Shown here in pieces: positions 1-8,898 of a stretch of DNA of 64,000 nt. Positions within the stretch are counted from its first letter, which is position 1. Every line of letters begins with the position of its first letter. The DNA comes from Nitrososphaerota archaeon (lineage in GTDB: Archaea > Thermoproteota > Nitrososphaeria_A > Caldarchaeales > Caldarchaeaceae). The notes below the pieces were generated by a model. That model was not told where the DNA came from. It did not search any database and was given only the letters and a program-made list of their open reading frames with translations. Location: positions 34,518 to 98,517 of the forward strand of contig JBEPYN010000003.1 of assembly GCA_041641305.1 (NCBI GenBank), in the 5' to 3' direction. A program made the translations under genes and the position numbers.

Positions 1-541
1 GGCGATTTCCCGCGAAGGACGCGAGTAATGCGAAGGTGGCCAGGGCTGTGAGAACGGTAAAGAGCAGCTCCGGCTCAGGATTCGAGGGGGTGATGTTAAC
101 GGTGCCGGTTGAGAAAAGCCCGAGAATGTTTTGTACAAGTGTGATGAATAATCTTTCGGGCCTCAGAACACCGGTGGATGCTATGTTGTTTAACAGGAGC
201 GCGAAAACGTATGACGCGTAGTAGCCTCCAACAAGCCCCGTGAACACGTTGCTCCTATAGGCTGATATGGCGAAGACGGCGGGCGCTGAAATTATGTAAC
301 CAGCCGCGAGACCGAGGAACGGGTAAACAACCCCCGTCAGCAGAAGTGAGACCGTGTACGCTGCGGGAACATACACCAACACTATCCCAGCCCACTTGAA
401 CCTATCGGTCGCGGAGATGAAAAGAAGAGAGAAGAACCCTATGAACACGAAGGTGTTTGATGCATCCATCCGGGACAAAGCGAAAAATGTCAAGACAAGT
501 GGGGGAAGCAGGGCCACGGCTCTCAGCAGCTTATCTATCAT
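1..541 (-). CDS. Multi-pass membrane protein, last visible gene of the MoxR operon (runs off window start)
   Basis: Not in the ORF track. Read by hand: ATG at 541 overlaps the DUF58 stop (ATGA), and the frame stays open to base 1 (MIDKLLRAVALLPPLVLTFFALSRMDASNTFVFIGFFSLLF...). Very hydrophobic. Confidence 0.75.
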   Translation of the reverse strand, partial: MIDKLLRAVALLPPLVLTFFALSRMDASNTFVFIGFFSLLFISATDRFKWAGIVLVYVPAAYTVSLLLTGVVYPFLGLAAGYIISAPAVFAISAYRSNVFTGLVGGYYASYVFALLLNNIASTGVLRPERLFITLVQNILGLFSTGTVNITPSNPEPELLFTVLTALATFALLASFAGNR

Positions 542-1794
542 GTCATCAGCCTCAAGCTTCTATGAAGGTGGGTAAGATAGTTTAGCAGATCCGTCTGCCT
601 AACCAAGTAGACGTGACCGTAGACCATACGGAGCCGCTGCACACGAGCATCTTCAAGAGCCTCCAAAAACTTTGCAGGCACCGACACGTTTTCCAGACTG
701 GGCACGATAAGGTATAGGACACCGCCATGCAACATAACTCTCTCAGCCACTGTCTTGAGAGAAGCTTCGTCAAGGTTTGCGAACCTGCCCAACATAAACA
801 CGGCGTCAAACCCCCGCAAATACTCCAGGTAATCAACAATCCTATACGGCGACACTGGCGGTGTTGAGGAGAGATATGTCAACAACCTGAAATAATCACT
901 CAGCCCCGTAGCCTTCACCGCTCCTTCTCTGGCGCCAGGGACAACTATGGTTATCGAGTCGCCTCGTTCAAGAACGGATGACGCAAGTGTAGAGGCTGCC
1001 GCAACCACCGAGTCTAGCAGCGAAGGGTTGCCTAGGATATTGTTATGGCTGTAGTCTAGGACGAGACAGATCTTGAGACGGTTTTGTTTATCGAAACGTC
1101 GAACAAAAATTTCCCCGTTTTCTCTCGCTGTTCTCCTCCAATCAATAGCTTTCAACGGCTGCCCCTCCTCATACCTTGTTATCTCCCGAAAGATGTCGTC
1201 GACACCGTATTCGTGGGATGAGCCAGTACCTGTGTAGGGAGATGGGATCACTCTCTTCACGGCATCCGACATCCTTGGCTTACCTACTGCGGGCTCCGTG
1301 AAAACGATTTTCACCTCTTCTCCTAGAGAGAATTCTTTGTAGACCATTCCATAGTCGTCCAAAACATGTACTAACAGCGGCCCAAGGAGCCCAGTGCCAC
1401 GTCCATCTGACGTAACTGTGTAATCGAGCTCTAGAAGTTCGTCGGGGGCCAAGATTCTTTCAACTTGAACATTTCCTTCAACAAGTTTGAGACCCTCCAA
1501 ACGATCTGCTATCCGTACCCTGATTCTTCGACCCGATTTATTAGCCACCTTAACACGAACCTCGGTTTTCTCACCTCTTCGTAGCAGCTCTCGCCTTACT
1601 TGCCGCGAAAACAGGAAATCCGATTGACTAAACATTCTGAGAGAAGATGAGGCAAAAACACAGTAAAGCAACGTGAAAACCCCAACTATGTAGATTGATA
1701 GGCTCAAGGCCTTGTAAACAGAAACTGTGGATGCGAAAAACACTAGGATAAACATCGATACTAATGTTTTGTAGCCTTGGGATGTCAGCCTCAA
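538..1794 (-). CDS. DUF58 family protein (MoxR-associated, vWA-like C-terminus)
   Basis: N-terminal TM pair, then FREITRYEEGQPLKAIDWRRTAR (DUF58 motif) and LDYSHN (MIDAS-like). Start moved to TTG 1794, which overlaps the MoxR stop. Confidence 0.85.
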   Translation of the reverse strand: MRLTSQGYKTLVSMFILVFFASTVSVYKALSLSIYIVGVFTLLYCVFASSSLRMFSQSDFLFSRQVRRELLRRGEKTEVRVKVANKSGRRIRVRIADRLEGLKLVEGNVQVERILAPDELLELDYTVTSDGRGTGLLGPLLVHVLDDYGMVYKEFSLGEEVKIVFTEPAVGKPRMSDAVKRVIPSPYTGTGSSHEYGVDDIFREITRYEEGQPLKAIDWRRTARENGEIFVRRFDKQNRLKICLVLDYSHNNILGNPSLLDSVVAAASTLASSVLERGDSITIVVPGAREGAVKATGLSDYFRLLTYLSSTPPVSPYRIVDYLEYLRGFDAVFMLGRFANLDEASLKTVAERVMLHGGVLYLIVPSLENVSVPAKFLEALEDARVQRLRMVYGHVYLVRQTDLLNYLTHLHRSLRLMT

Positions 1795-2747
1795 ACCGGA
1801 ACCTCCGTCTCCAACAAATATTCCCGAATAACTTTCTCGATGAATCCGTAGTCGGTTTTCTTGGAGAGGTCGAGGTACTCGGGTTTGGGCATGAGACGAT
1901 GGTTGAGCACACGGTAGCAAACTTTCTTGACATCGTCGGGGATGACATAGTCGCGGTTATTCAACGCAGCATGGGCCTTGGCCGTGTAGAGTAGGGCTAT
2001 CTCGGCTCTTGGACTCGCACCGAGCATCAACCTTGTGTCGGCCCTGCTTTTCATAACGATTTCAACTATGTACTCCAAAATTTCTGGCACTACCTTAACG
2101 TGATGAACCTCATCCATTGCAAGGGTGAGAAGGTCGCTGGTTATTGCGGGTTGAACTGGGATATCCTCGCCAAGCATGTCCCTTAACTTGAGAATTTGGA
2201 TTTCTTCTTCGCGGCTTGGGTAGGAGACTATGACTCTCATCATGAAACGGTCTATCTCTGCTTCTGGAAGGGGGAAGGTGCCCTCAAGCTCCACGGGGTT
2301 CTGCGTGGCTATGACGAGAAAAGGCTCCGGCAACCTGTAGGTAACCCCCTCGACAGTCACCTGCCTCTCTTGCATAGCTTCAAGCAAGGCTGACTGGCTT
2401 CTCGGAGGAGCCCTGTTTATCTCATCGATCAAAACCACGTTGGCGAAAACCGGACCCGGCTTAAACTCAAGCTCGCCTGTTTTCCTATTGAGGACGAGGC
2501 CGCCTATTATGTCTGATGGAAGAATATCAGTCGTGAACTGCAGCCTCCTAAAGCTTAGGCCCAAGGACATCGCAAAAGATTTTGCTAGAAGCGTCTTGGC
2601 GAGACCTGGGACACCTTCCATTATGACGTGGCCGCCTGTCAACAAAGCGATTATCAGCGACTCTACGGCCTCATGCATCCCCACGACAACTTTGCCGACC
2701 TCATTCCTCACACTTTCTCCAAGCATCGCAGCAAACATCTTATGCAT
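1791..2747 (-). CDS. moxR: MoxR family AAA+ ATPase
   Basis: EGVPGLAKT Walker A, LIDEINRAPPRSQSALLEAMQERQVT, ATQNPVELEGTFPLPEAEIDRF, GASPRA. Confidence 0.95.
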   Translation of the reverse strand: MHKMFAAMLGESVRNEVGKVVVGMHEAVESLIIALLTGGHVIMEGVPGLAKTLLAKSFAMSLGLSFRRLQFTTDILPSDIIGGLVLNRKTGELEFKPGPVFANVVLIDEINRAPPRSQSALLEAMQERQVTVEGVTYRLPEPFLVIATQNPVELEGTFPLPEAEIDRFMMRVIVSYPSREEEIQILKLRDMLGEDIPVQPAITSDLLTLAMDEVHHVKVVPEILEYIVEIVMKSRADTRLMLGASPRAEIALLYTAKAHAALNNRDYVIPDDVKKVCYRVLNHRLMPKPEYLDLSKKTDYGFIEKVIREYLLETEVPV

Positions 2748-3012
2748 ATTTTCTCAACTCCTCCTCTATTCTCCTGAGTAAGCGTCTCCTCTCCAAATCA
2801 GTCTCTTTCCCACCATAGTGTCTCAGCTTTTTCAGAGCCCTCCTAACATCACCATTCATCACCAGCTTAACCATTTCCGCATACTGGTCAACACCTACAT
2901 CCCCATCCAACTTGGTCTCCTTTCTTTTCTTTTCACGTGGAATAGCCAGAAGTGATACTGTCCCCAAAAGCATCAAGGCCAACAGTATGGGAAAAGAGTA
3001 ATCACCCATCAT
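2740..3012 (-). CDS. Small membrane-anchored hypothetical protein
   Basis: N-terminal TM helix followed by a charged tail. Overlaps both neighbours in the operon. Confidence 0.65.
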   Translation of the reverse strand: MMGDYSFPILLALMLLGTVSLLAIPREKKRKETKLDGDVGVDQYAEMVKLVMNGDVRRALKKLRHYGGKETDLERRRLLRRIEEELRKYA

Positions 3013-3451
3013 ACCAGAACTCCTCTACAAGCTTGCGAAGACTTTCCTCGAATTGCGTGAGTTTCTCGCTAGTAGGCTCTTTGCCACCATACCTCACAGG
3101 CTCAAAAACCTCATACATCCTCTGTAGGTACGTTGCATAGTTATGTGGAATACGTCCAGAGTTGAGCACTTCTCTAGCTGTGTAACGCCCTGTGTCAACA
3201 TTCACCGTATTGCAGATTTTTTTCAACACTTGTGGAAAAACTTTGATGACGGCTTCCGCGCTCTCGCCTTTCTGCAGCAAATGTTTGAAGAGCTCCTCCT
3301 CTTCTTTCAGGTTTATGATTTGTTGTGATGAGTTGGGTGAGTGTTTGTTTTTTGTCTTGGATTGGTTGACGAGGACGAGGCCGACGATGGCTGCGACAAG
3401 AAAAATGTTTAGCACAAGCCAGAATGAGACGTTGTATAGAAGCGACTCCAT
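3002..3451 (-). CDS. Membrane-anchored protein, DUF4129-like
   Basis: N-terminal TM and a YEVFEPVRYGGKEP motif resembling DUF4129, a family often found in MoxR/DUF58 loci. Confidence 0.6.
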   Translation of the reverse strand: MESLLYNVSFWLVLNIFLVAAIVGLVLVNQSKTKNKHSPNSSQQIINLKEEEELFKHLLQKGESAEAVIKVFPQVLKKICNTVNVDTGRYTAREVLNSGRIPHNYATYLQRMYEVFEPVRYGGKEPTSEKLTQFEESLRKLVEEFWYDG

Positions 3452-3457
3452 GTTTCC

Positions 3458-4195
3458 TCACTCTCGCTTCGTGAGCTGGGACTCGACGTAGAAGGCGGGG
3501 ACGAAGCTTTCTTTCTGAACCACTAGCTGAACAAGGCCTTCGATTGTGGCTGACGCGGTATAGGGTTGTGCTGTTTCGCCTGTTCTTATCTCTGTGAATG
3601 GCCCCCTGTATTTCGGGATGGCGCCGGGTAGGTATGAGACTGTTTCTTCTCCTATGTATCTTTTGAGATAGTTGCTTTGGTCGATGTAGGTTATGTAAGG
3701 TTTTCCAACATAGAGGCTGCTGTTGACTGGTGGGGTGTAGGCGGCCGTGATGTATGTCATCTGGGTTGCCGTGTCTATAACCACATCCACGGACTCGAGG
3801 CTAAATCTTGTTTCTACGAATCTGACAACCAACTCGGTTATCCTTGTCGTAACCTCCACCTCGACGGCATAGGTTGGAAAAGACGCCGTGGCTGAAGAGA
3901 TGGATATGATGTGTTTGCCCGGTGTTGTTGTGAAGAAGGCGTAGCCGCTTAGGTTGGTGACTGTGGTGAAGTTGTTGAGTGAAACGAGGGCCCGAGGTAT
4001 TGGCGAAGGCGTCAAACCTTCAAAGGGTTTTTGCTCCACCTTCACCCGGAGTATGTAGGGACGGGTGGGGGCCTCGCTAAAGCCTATGTCAAACTGAAGA
4101 GAACTGGTCGAAATAGGGGGCATTATCTCGAAAAGGCTGAATCCTGTTAGAAGCGCCACCAAAGCCAATAAAATCACTACTCTTGAATTCTTCAC
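3458..4195 (-). CDS. Secreted or membrane-anchored protein with a carboxypeptidase-regulatory-like beta domain
   Basis: Signal/TM segment, then a PIPRALVSL...TNLSGYAFFTTTPGKHIISIS pattern. Confidence 0.6.
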   Translation of the reverse strand: MKNSRVVILLALVALLTGFSLFEIMPPISTSSLQFDIGFSEAPTRPYILRVKVEQKPFEGLTPSPIPRALVSLNNFTTVTNLSGYAFFTTTPGKHIISISSATASFPTYAVEVEVTTRITELVVRFVETRFSLESVDVVIDTATQMTYITAAYTPPVNSSLYVGKPYITYIDQSNYLKRYIGEETVSYLPGAIPKYRGPFTEIRTGETAQPYTASATIEGLVQLVVQKESFVPAFYVESQLTKRE

Positions 4196-4288
4196 CGTCC
4201 AGTAACCTAACTTGCCTTTTCTTATGCTTTATCAAACATACCGCTTCTGTATGCATATATAGCGTTAGCCCTCTAAAGTGCCTCGGAG

Positions 4289-4834
4289 TTGGGTGAGGAA
4301 GTAGTTAGCGTGGCCGCAAGCCTTGAGCTACTGGATGATGGCGAAGTTGTTTTTGTCGAGGGGGACTTGGGCTGGTTTAGGGAACGTGGCTACGGCGACA
4401 CGCGGGGAGACAGGCGATATGTCTTCAGCCCCGTTGAAACACTTTACCTCGTAAAACACGGGAAGGCCGAGGTTTACCGAAATGGCCGGAAGCTCGGCTT
4501 CATCGAATTGCTAACCTTCTTCGCCGAGCGTGACCGCAACCTATGGCGAGACTACGTCATATACTTGGATTTGCGTAAAAGGCGATACGTTGTTAAAGAA
4601 GGGTTCGGCCCCAGGCTTCGGTTCAGAGTTTTTGAGAGGGGTGAGTATCCAGAGAAGCCTGCGAAATATCTCATCATTCCTCTCTATGAAGGTGAGAGCG
4701 TATCCGTCGATGAGCTCATTTCTCTTGTCAAGTCATGTAGAGCGATGGATAAGATAGCCGTTGTGGCGGTTTTGGATAGACGCAACGAGGTTGTGTACTA
4801 CCACGCCACAGCGGTGGAGCTCCGGAACAGGTAG
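4289..4834 (+). CDS. endA: tRNA-intron endonuclease subunit, probably the structural (beta) type
   Basis: FSPVETLYLV, YLDLRKRRYVVKEG and AVLDRRNEVVYY match the EndA fold. The catalytic Tyr and His appear replaced. Confidence 0.8.
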   Translation: MGEEVVSVAASLELLDDGEVVFVEGDLGWFRERGYGDTRGDRRYVFSPVETLYLVKHGKAEVYRNGRKLGFIELLTFFAERDRNLWRDYVIYLDLRKRRYVVKEGFGPRLRFRVFERGEYPEKPAKYLIIPLYEGESVSVDELISLVKSCRAMDKIAVVAVLDRRNEVVYYHATAVELRNR

Positions 4835-4844
4835 GAGGAAGAGG

Positions 4845-5687
4845 ATGAGGGTACTGTCTTTTCTGAAGTTGATGAGGCCGCCCAACGGGCTGCTGATGTT
4901 TTTCGCCGTCTTGATAGGTGTGCTGTTCTCCGACATGAGGACAGTCAATCTCCAGCAAATCATCTTTGCTTTCGTAACATCTTTCGGCTTAACAGGTTCT
5001 TCGATGGCTTTGAATGACTATTTTGATAGGGAGGTTGATGTGGTCAACAACCCAAGCCGCCCCATCCCATCGGGAGAAGTTTCGCCTGCCTCAGCTGTTG
5101 CCCTCTCCTCCATACTGGCCGGTGCAGGCCTTCTTACAGCGTTTTTATCTTCCACGGCCTGTTTTGTCATGGCTGCAGTGGCTTTTGCCGTCTCTACAGT
5201 TTACAACATGTTCCTCAAAAAGACGGGGTTGTTGGGAAATTTCGCTGTAAGCTTCACCGTAGTGGCGCCGTTCCTCTATGGCTCTATTCTTGCCGACGGC
5301 TACGTGTCTTGGAGTGTGATTGTCTTCGCTGTGCTGGCTTTCTTGGCCAACACTGGCCGAGAGGTTGTCAAGGGCATTACAGATGTGGAGGGTGATGCGG
5401 TGAGAGGTGTGGCCACGATTGCTCGGAAAAGCGGGCTGAGGACAGCGGCGCGGGTTGGGGCAGGGTTCTATCTTGCCGCGGTGGTGCTCAGCCCGGTTCC
5501 CTACCTACTCGATGTGGTCAACATCATGTATCTTCCCCTTGTCTCCGCAGCCGACGCCGGCTTCGTCTACAGCAGCATACGCGTGATAAGAAACCCGGAA
5601 CCTGTTGAGGCTAAAAAGCAGAAAAACCTAACCCTGCTGTGGATGCTTTTCGCACTTGTCTCCTTCGCGGTAGGCGGCCTCCGCTAA
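4845..5687 (+). CDS. Digeranylgeranylglyceryl phosphate synthase (UbiA family)
   Basis: LMRPPN, NDYFDREVDVVNNPSRPIPSG, REVVKGITDVEGD. Start set at ATG 4845 after GGAGG. Confidence 0.9.
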   Translation: MRVLSFLKLMRPPNGLLMFFAVLIGVLFSDMRTVNLQQIIFAFVTSFGLTGSSMALNDYFDREVDVVNNPSRPIPSGEVSPASAVALSSILAGAGLLTAFLSSTACFVMAAVAFAVSTVYNMFLKKTGLLGNFAVSFTVVAPFLYGSILADGYVSWSVIVFAVLAFLANTGREVVKGITDVEGDAVRGVATIARKSGLRTAARVGAGFYLAAVVLSPVPYLLDVVNIMYLPLVSAADAGFVYSSIRVIRNPEPVEAKKQKNLTLLWMLFALVSFAVGGLR

Positions 5688-6337
5688 ACCTCGGCTAAAA
5701 CTGTGCAGGGCGCGCTGTCAACCTCGTCAACGATAAGCGGAGCGACCACAACCCTCTTAAACACATTCGGCTTACCAATCAAATCCATGTCCTCAATAAT
5801 CAGGAAGCTTCGTCCGACCAGAAGCCGTCGATGAGCCTCACGCCCCTCCTCCCTTCTCATGGGAGAAGATATCGATATCATGTCGACGCCAAGTGCTCTG
5901 AGGTTGCTGAACTGTCGCAAAAATGACGCGGCCTCGGCTGACAGGCATGGACCCCGCTTCATGTAGGCCTCTGGGTCTTTTTCACGGTAGCGTTGGAAAC
6001 CTGTTCTTATAAGTAGAAGATCTGAGTGCTGCAGGGTTTTTCCATGTCTCTCGAGGTCTGAGGCAGTGATGAGCTCGCCGACGTCTTTGTCTACATCGAT
6101 TAGCAGCGGTTTCTCGAAGACAAGCTCTTCAGCCTTGTATGATGATATTTTTCGGCCATGTGGGTCGAAGTGGTATGGGGCGTCGACATGCGTCCCTATG
6201 TGGTTGAGCAGCTTTATGAAGAATGTGTTGCTACTGTCACCCTTGGCAATCTGCTTATCTGGTGTAAACTCGGGCCGAGGCCCATCATCGTAGCAGGGAG
6301 AATATCTTGTGAGAACATGGGAGAGGTAAATCCACAT
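5684..6337 (-). CDS. Cyclase / kynurenine formamidase family protein
   Basis: HIGTHVDAPYHF motif, LLIRTG, GVDMIS, AHRRLL, DSAPC. Start set at ATG 6337. Confidence 0.88.
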   Translation of the reverse strand: MWIYLSHVLTRYSPCYDDGPRPEFTPDKQIAKGDSSNTFFIKLLNHIGTHVDAPYHFDPHGRKISSYKAEELVFEKPLLIDVDKDVGELITASDLERHGKTLQHSDLLLIRTGFQRYREKDPEAYMKRGPCLSAEAASFLRQFSNLRALGVDMISISSPMRREEGREAHRRLLVGRSFLIIEDMDLIGKPNVFKRVVVAPLIVDEVDSAPCTVLAEV

Positions 6338-6482
6338 CAGCCAACCCACATCCACAAAACAATCTATTAGACTTAACCATGCAGCATGGCCGCTGTTTGT
6401 CCAGAAGCCGAGCCCAACACGGTTTAAACCGGAAAAGCATGATAGAGGGTGGGCCACACTTTTATAATGAGACTCCGAGTGT

Positions 6483-7529
6483 TTGTTGGCTTTGAACGGT
6501 GTTTTGCGGCTTGGTTACTGGGCTGGTCTTGAACAGTATGACCCAGCGAGGATTGTGGCGCATTCTATACATGCGGAGGCTGTTGGCTTTGACATAATTG
6601 CGTTGAGCGACCATTTTCATCCATGGAGCGACACAGGTGGTCAGGCAGGGTTCCCGTGGATCGTGTTGTCAGCCGTAGCAGAACACACGAAGAAAGTTGA
6701 GTTGGGAACAGCGGTGACCACGCCCTTTTTCCGCTACCACCCCGCCATAGTTGCACAAGCTTTCGCAACACTAGACTACCTATATCCAGGCCGCATATTC
6801 ATAACCGTGGGAACCGGACACGCCATGAACGAGACACCTCTCGGCTTCAAATGGCCTGGATACAGAGAAAAAGTGGAGAGGCTCCGCGAAGCAATCGAGA
6901 TAATTCAGCTGTTGTGGAAAGGTGACTTCGTAGACTACGAGGGTAAATACTATCAACTCAAGTCAGCCAAGCTCTACACAAAGCCGCTCACAAAAATCCC
7001 CATGTATGTCGCCACCTCCAACTCCACAGTCGCCGAGATAGCTGGAGAGCTCTGCGACGGCATACTAACCAACCCCCGTGGAATGGATAAGTTCATGGAG
7101 ATTATCACGGCCTTGGAGAGGGGTGCGAGGAAAGCTGGTAAAGATCCCTCGAAGCTGAGTAAATGTCTGGAGTTTAAGGTCTCTTACGACCATGACTACG
7201 ACAGGGCTTACAAGGCTGCGTTGTTCTGGGCGCCGACGGCGATACCCCGTGAGAAACGGGAGAAAATCTCGGACCCAAGAGTGCTGGAGGCCATGGTGGG
7301 AGAAGAGGAGAGACGGAAAATTAAAGAGACATGGCTTATCACAACAGATGTGGACGACATCTTCAAATCCTTATCTCACCTGCTCAAACTCGGCTTCGAC
7401 CGCGTCTACATCCACAGCGCCTCTCCCAACGAGGAGAAGTTCCTCAACCTGCTCGGCCGCGACATCCTACCATGGATGCGCGAGTTCTACGAACAGCTCG
7501 GCAGACCTATGAGGCCTGTACTGGAGTAG
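6483..7529 (+). CDS. F420-dependent LLM oxidoreductase, G6PDH (FGD)-like subfamily
   Basis: EQYDP, SDHFHPW, LGTAVTTPFFRYHPAIVAQAFATL, GTGHAMNE. Confidence 0.85.
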   Translation: MLALNGVLRLGYWAGLEQYDPARIVAHSIHAEAVGFDIIALSDHFHPWSDTGGQAGFPWIVLSAVAEHTKKVELGTAVTTPFFRYHPAIVAQAFATLDYLYPGRIFITVGTGHAMNETPLGFKWPGYREKVERLREAIEIIQLLWKGDFVDYEGKYYQLKSAKLYTKPLTKIPMYVATSNSTVAEIAGELCDGILTNPRGMDKFMEIITALERGARKAGKDPSKLSKCLEFKVSYDHDYDRAYKAALFWAPTAIPREKREKISDPRVLEAMVGEEERRKIKETWLITTDVDDIFKSLSHLLKLGFDRVYIHSASPNEEKFLNLLGRDILPWMREFYEQLGRPMRPVLE

Positions 7530-8687
7530 CTAAGCCGTCACACTCTGATGCCATCTCAGAATGTATTCCGGCAGCTTGAATCCCTTGGACTCGAGACTCT
7601 CGACAAGCAATATGGGCAGGGGGCTGAGCGCGAACTCTGCGTAGACGTAAAACCTGTTCGGGCGGCCTGGCTCGTTTTTGACAGGGATTTCTAAAACGCT
7701 GTCGGCCATCGATGCGATGGTGCTGTCGGCGTTGCCGACGACCGCAGCAATCTGTCCACCCATCCGCTTGAAGCTTTTACACCATGTCGACACTATCTCT
7801 GTTTCGCCGCTGCTTGAGATGACGATGAGTAGGTCACCCTGCCGCGGAGCGGGTGTGCTGGACTCCCGCGCCACGTAAACCTGGTCCCCAATGGCTCTCT
7901 TGATATGGCTCACCCTCACCGCCGTCATCCTAGCCACCTCGTAGCTGCTGCCGAGGCCCGCGAAGAAGCAGAGGCTCCTTGTCTCGAGCTTACGTGTCAC
8001 GAACTCGTAGAACTCGGAAGAGAGGCTTTTCTCAACAACTTTACCTGCCTCGAGGCATATTTCTTTAGCGTTTTCATGTGCTCTTATCGGCAGGGCTTTG
8101 TCATATAGTGCTTCGGCCATTGCGTGGAACAGGGCTCCGCTCCCAAGTATGAATGTGTCCTCCATTATCCCCACGTCCCGGAAAACCTTCGCCTCCTCAG
8201 CCTCCGCAACCTCCTCACGCCCCATGAGATGGAGAACGTTTCCATATTTGCTGGCTATTTTTGCGAGCGGTGACTGAAGGTCAGAGGTGACGAGGTCTAT
8301 TGTGTAGTCTCTGTGTGCGCCTGTTTTGCCTATGTATGATGCGAGATTCTGGGCGTCGACGAGAGGGGTGATGCTGCGGCCTGAGCCAGAGTTTATCAGC
8401 AAGCAGACACGGCCAAACCTCTGCTTGAGAATCGGAGCGGCTTCCGATATCTCTCTCCCCGGAAAACCCACATCGCCCCGGTCGATGACAATCTTTCCAT
8501 CCCTCATTTTCGCCATCTCGCTGACCGCTATGCTCAACGCGCCCTTAGAACGGCCTTCGCCAAGCGGGATAATAACACCGGCCGATTGAATGTCGTGCAA
8601 AAGTCTCTCGAGGCTGTCGAGGTCAACGGTGCTGACGTTCCTGTATATCCTGTTTACATATCCAAGGCTTGATATAGTCTCGGACAA
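7530..8687 (-). CDS. Tandem SIS-domain protein, 6-phospho-3-hexuloisomerase (PHI/HxlB)-like
   Basis: Two repeats: GEGRS...NSGSGRS...SPLAKIA and AGLGSS...ESSTPAPRQGDLLIVISSSGET...STIASMAD. Confidence 0.75.
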   Translation of the reverse strand: MSETISSLGYVNRIYRNVSTVDLDSLERLLHDIQSAGVIIPLGEGRSKGALSIAVSEMAKMRDGKIVIDRGDVGFPGREISEAAPILKQRFGRVCLLINSGSGRSITPLVDAQNLASYIGKTGAHRDYTIDLVTSDLQSPLAKIASKYGNVLHLMGREEVAEAEEAKVFRDVGIMEDTFILGSGALFHAMAEALYDKALPIRAHENAKEICLEAGKVVEKSLSSEFYEFVTRKLETRSLCFFAGLGSSYEVARMTAVRVSHIKRAIGDQVYVARESSTPAPRQGDLLIVISSSGETEIVSTWCKSFKRMGGQIAAVVGNADSTIASMADSVLEIPVKNEPGRPNRFYVYAEFALSPLPILLVESLESKGFKLPEYILRWHQSVTA

Positions 8688-8755
8688 CTTTTTCCATGGT
8701 TACGGTTTCAGCCGAGGATAAAAGCCTAAAGCCTGCTTCTGTGAAGTTTTTTTCA

Positions 8756-8840
8756 GCGGGGGTCGCCAAGCCTGGTCAACGGCGCAGGGTTCAGGCCCCT
8801 GTCCCGAAGGGGTTCGTGGGTTCAAATCCCACCCCCCGCA
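8756..8840 (+). tRNA. tRNA-Leu(CAG), no intron, CCA not encoded
   Basis: GCGGGGG acceptor stem pairs with CCCCCGC. Anticodon arm CAGGG-TTCAGGC-CCCTG, long variable arm, TTCAAATC T-loop. Confidence 0.95.
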
Positions 8841-8898
8841 TCATGTCATAAACCTAATAATCGGTTTTTCAGTGATTGATTAGGTATACTGGTTAGGT

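Noticed and set aside
8685-8700. ATG 10 nt upstream of the SIS gene TTG start, out of frame across an A5 run
   Set aside because: It could be a homopolymer error or chance. The TTG start already gives a complete protein.
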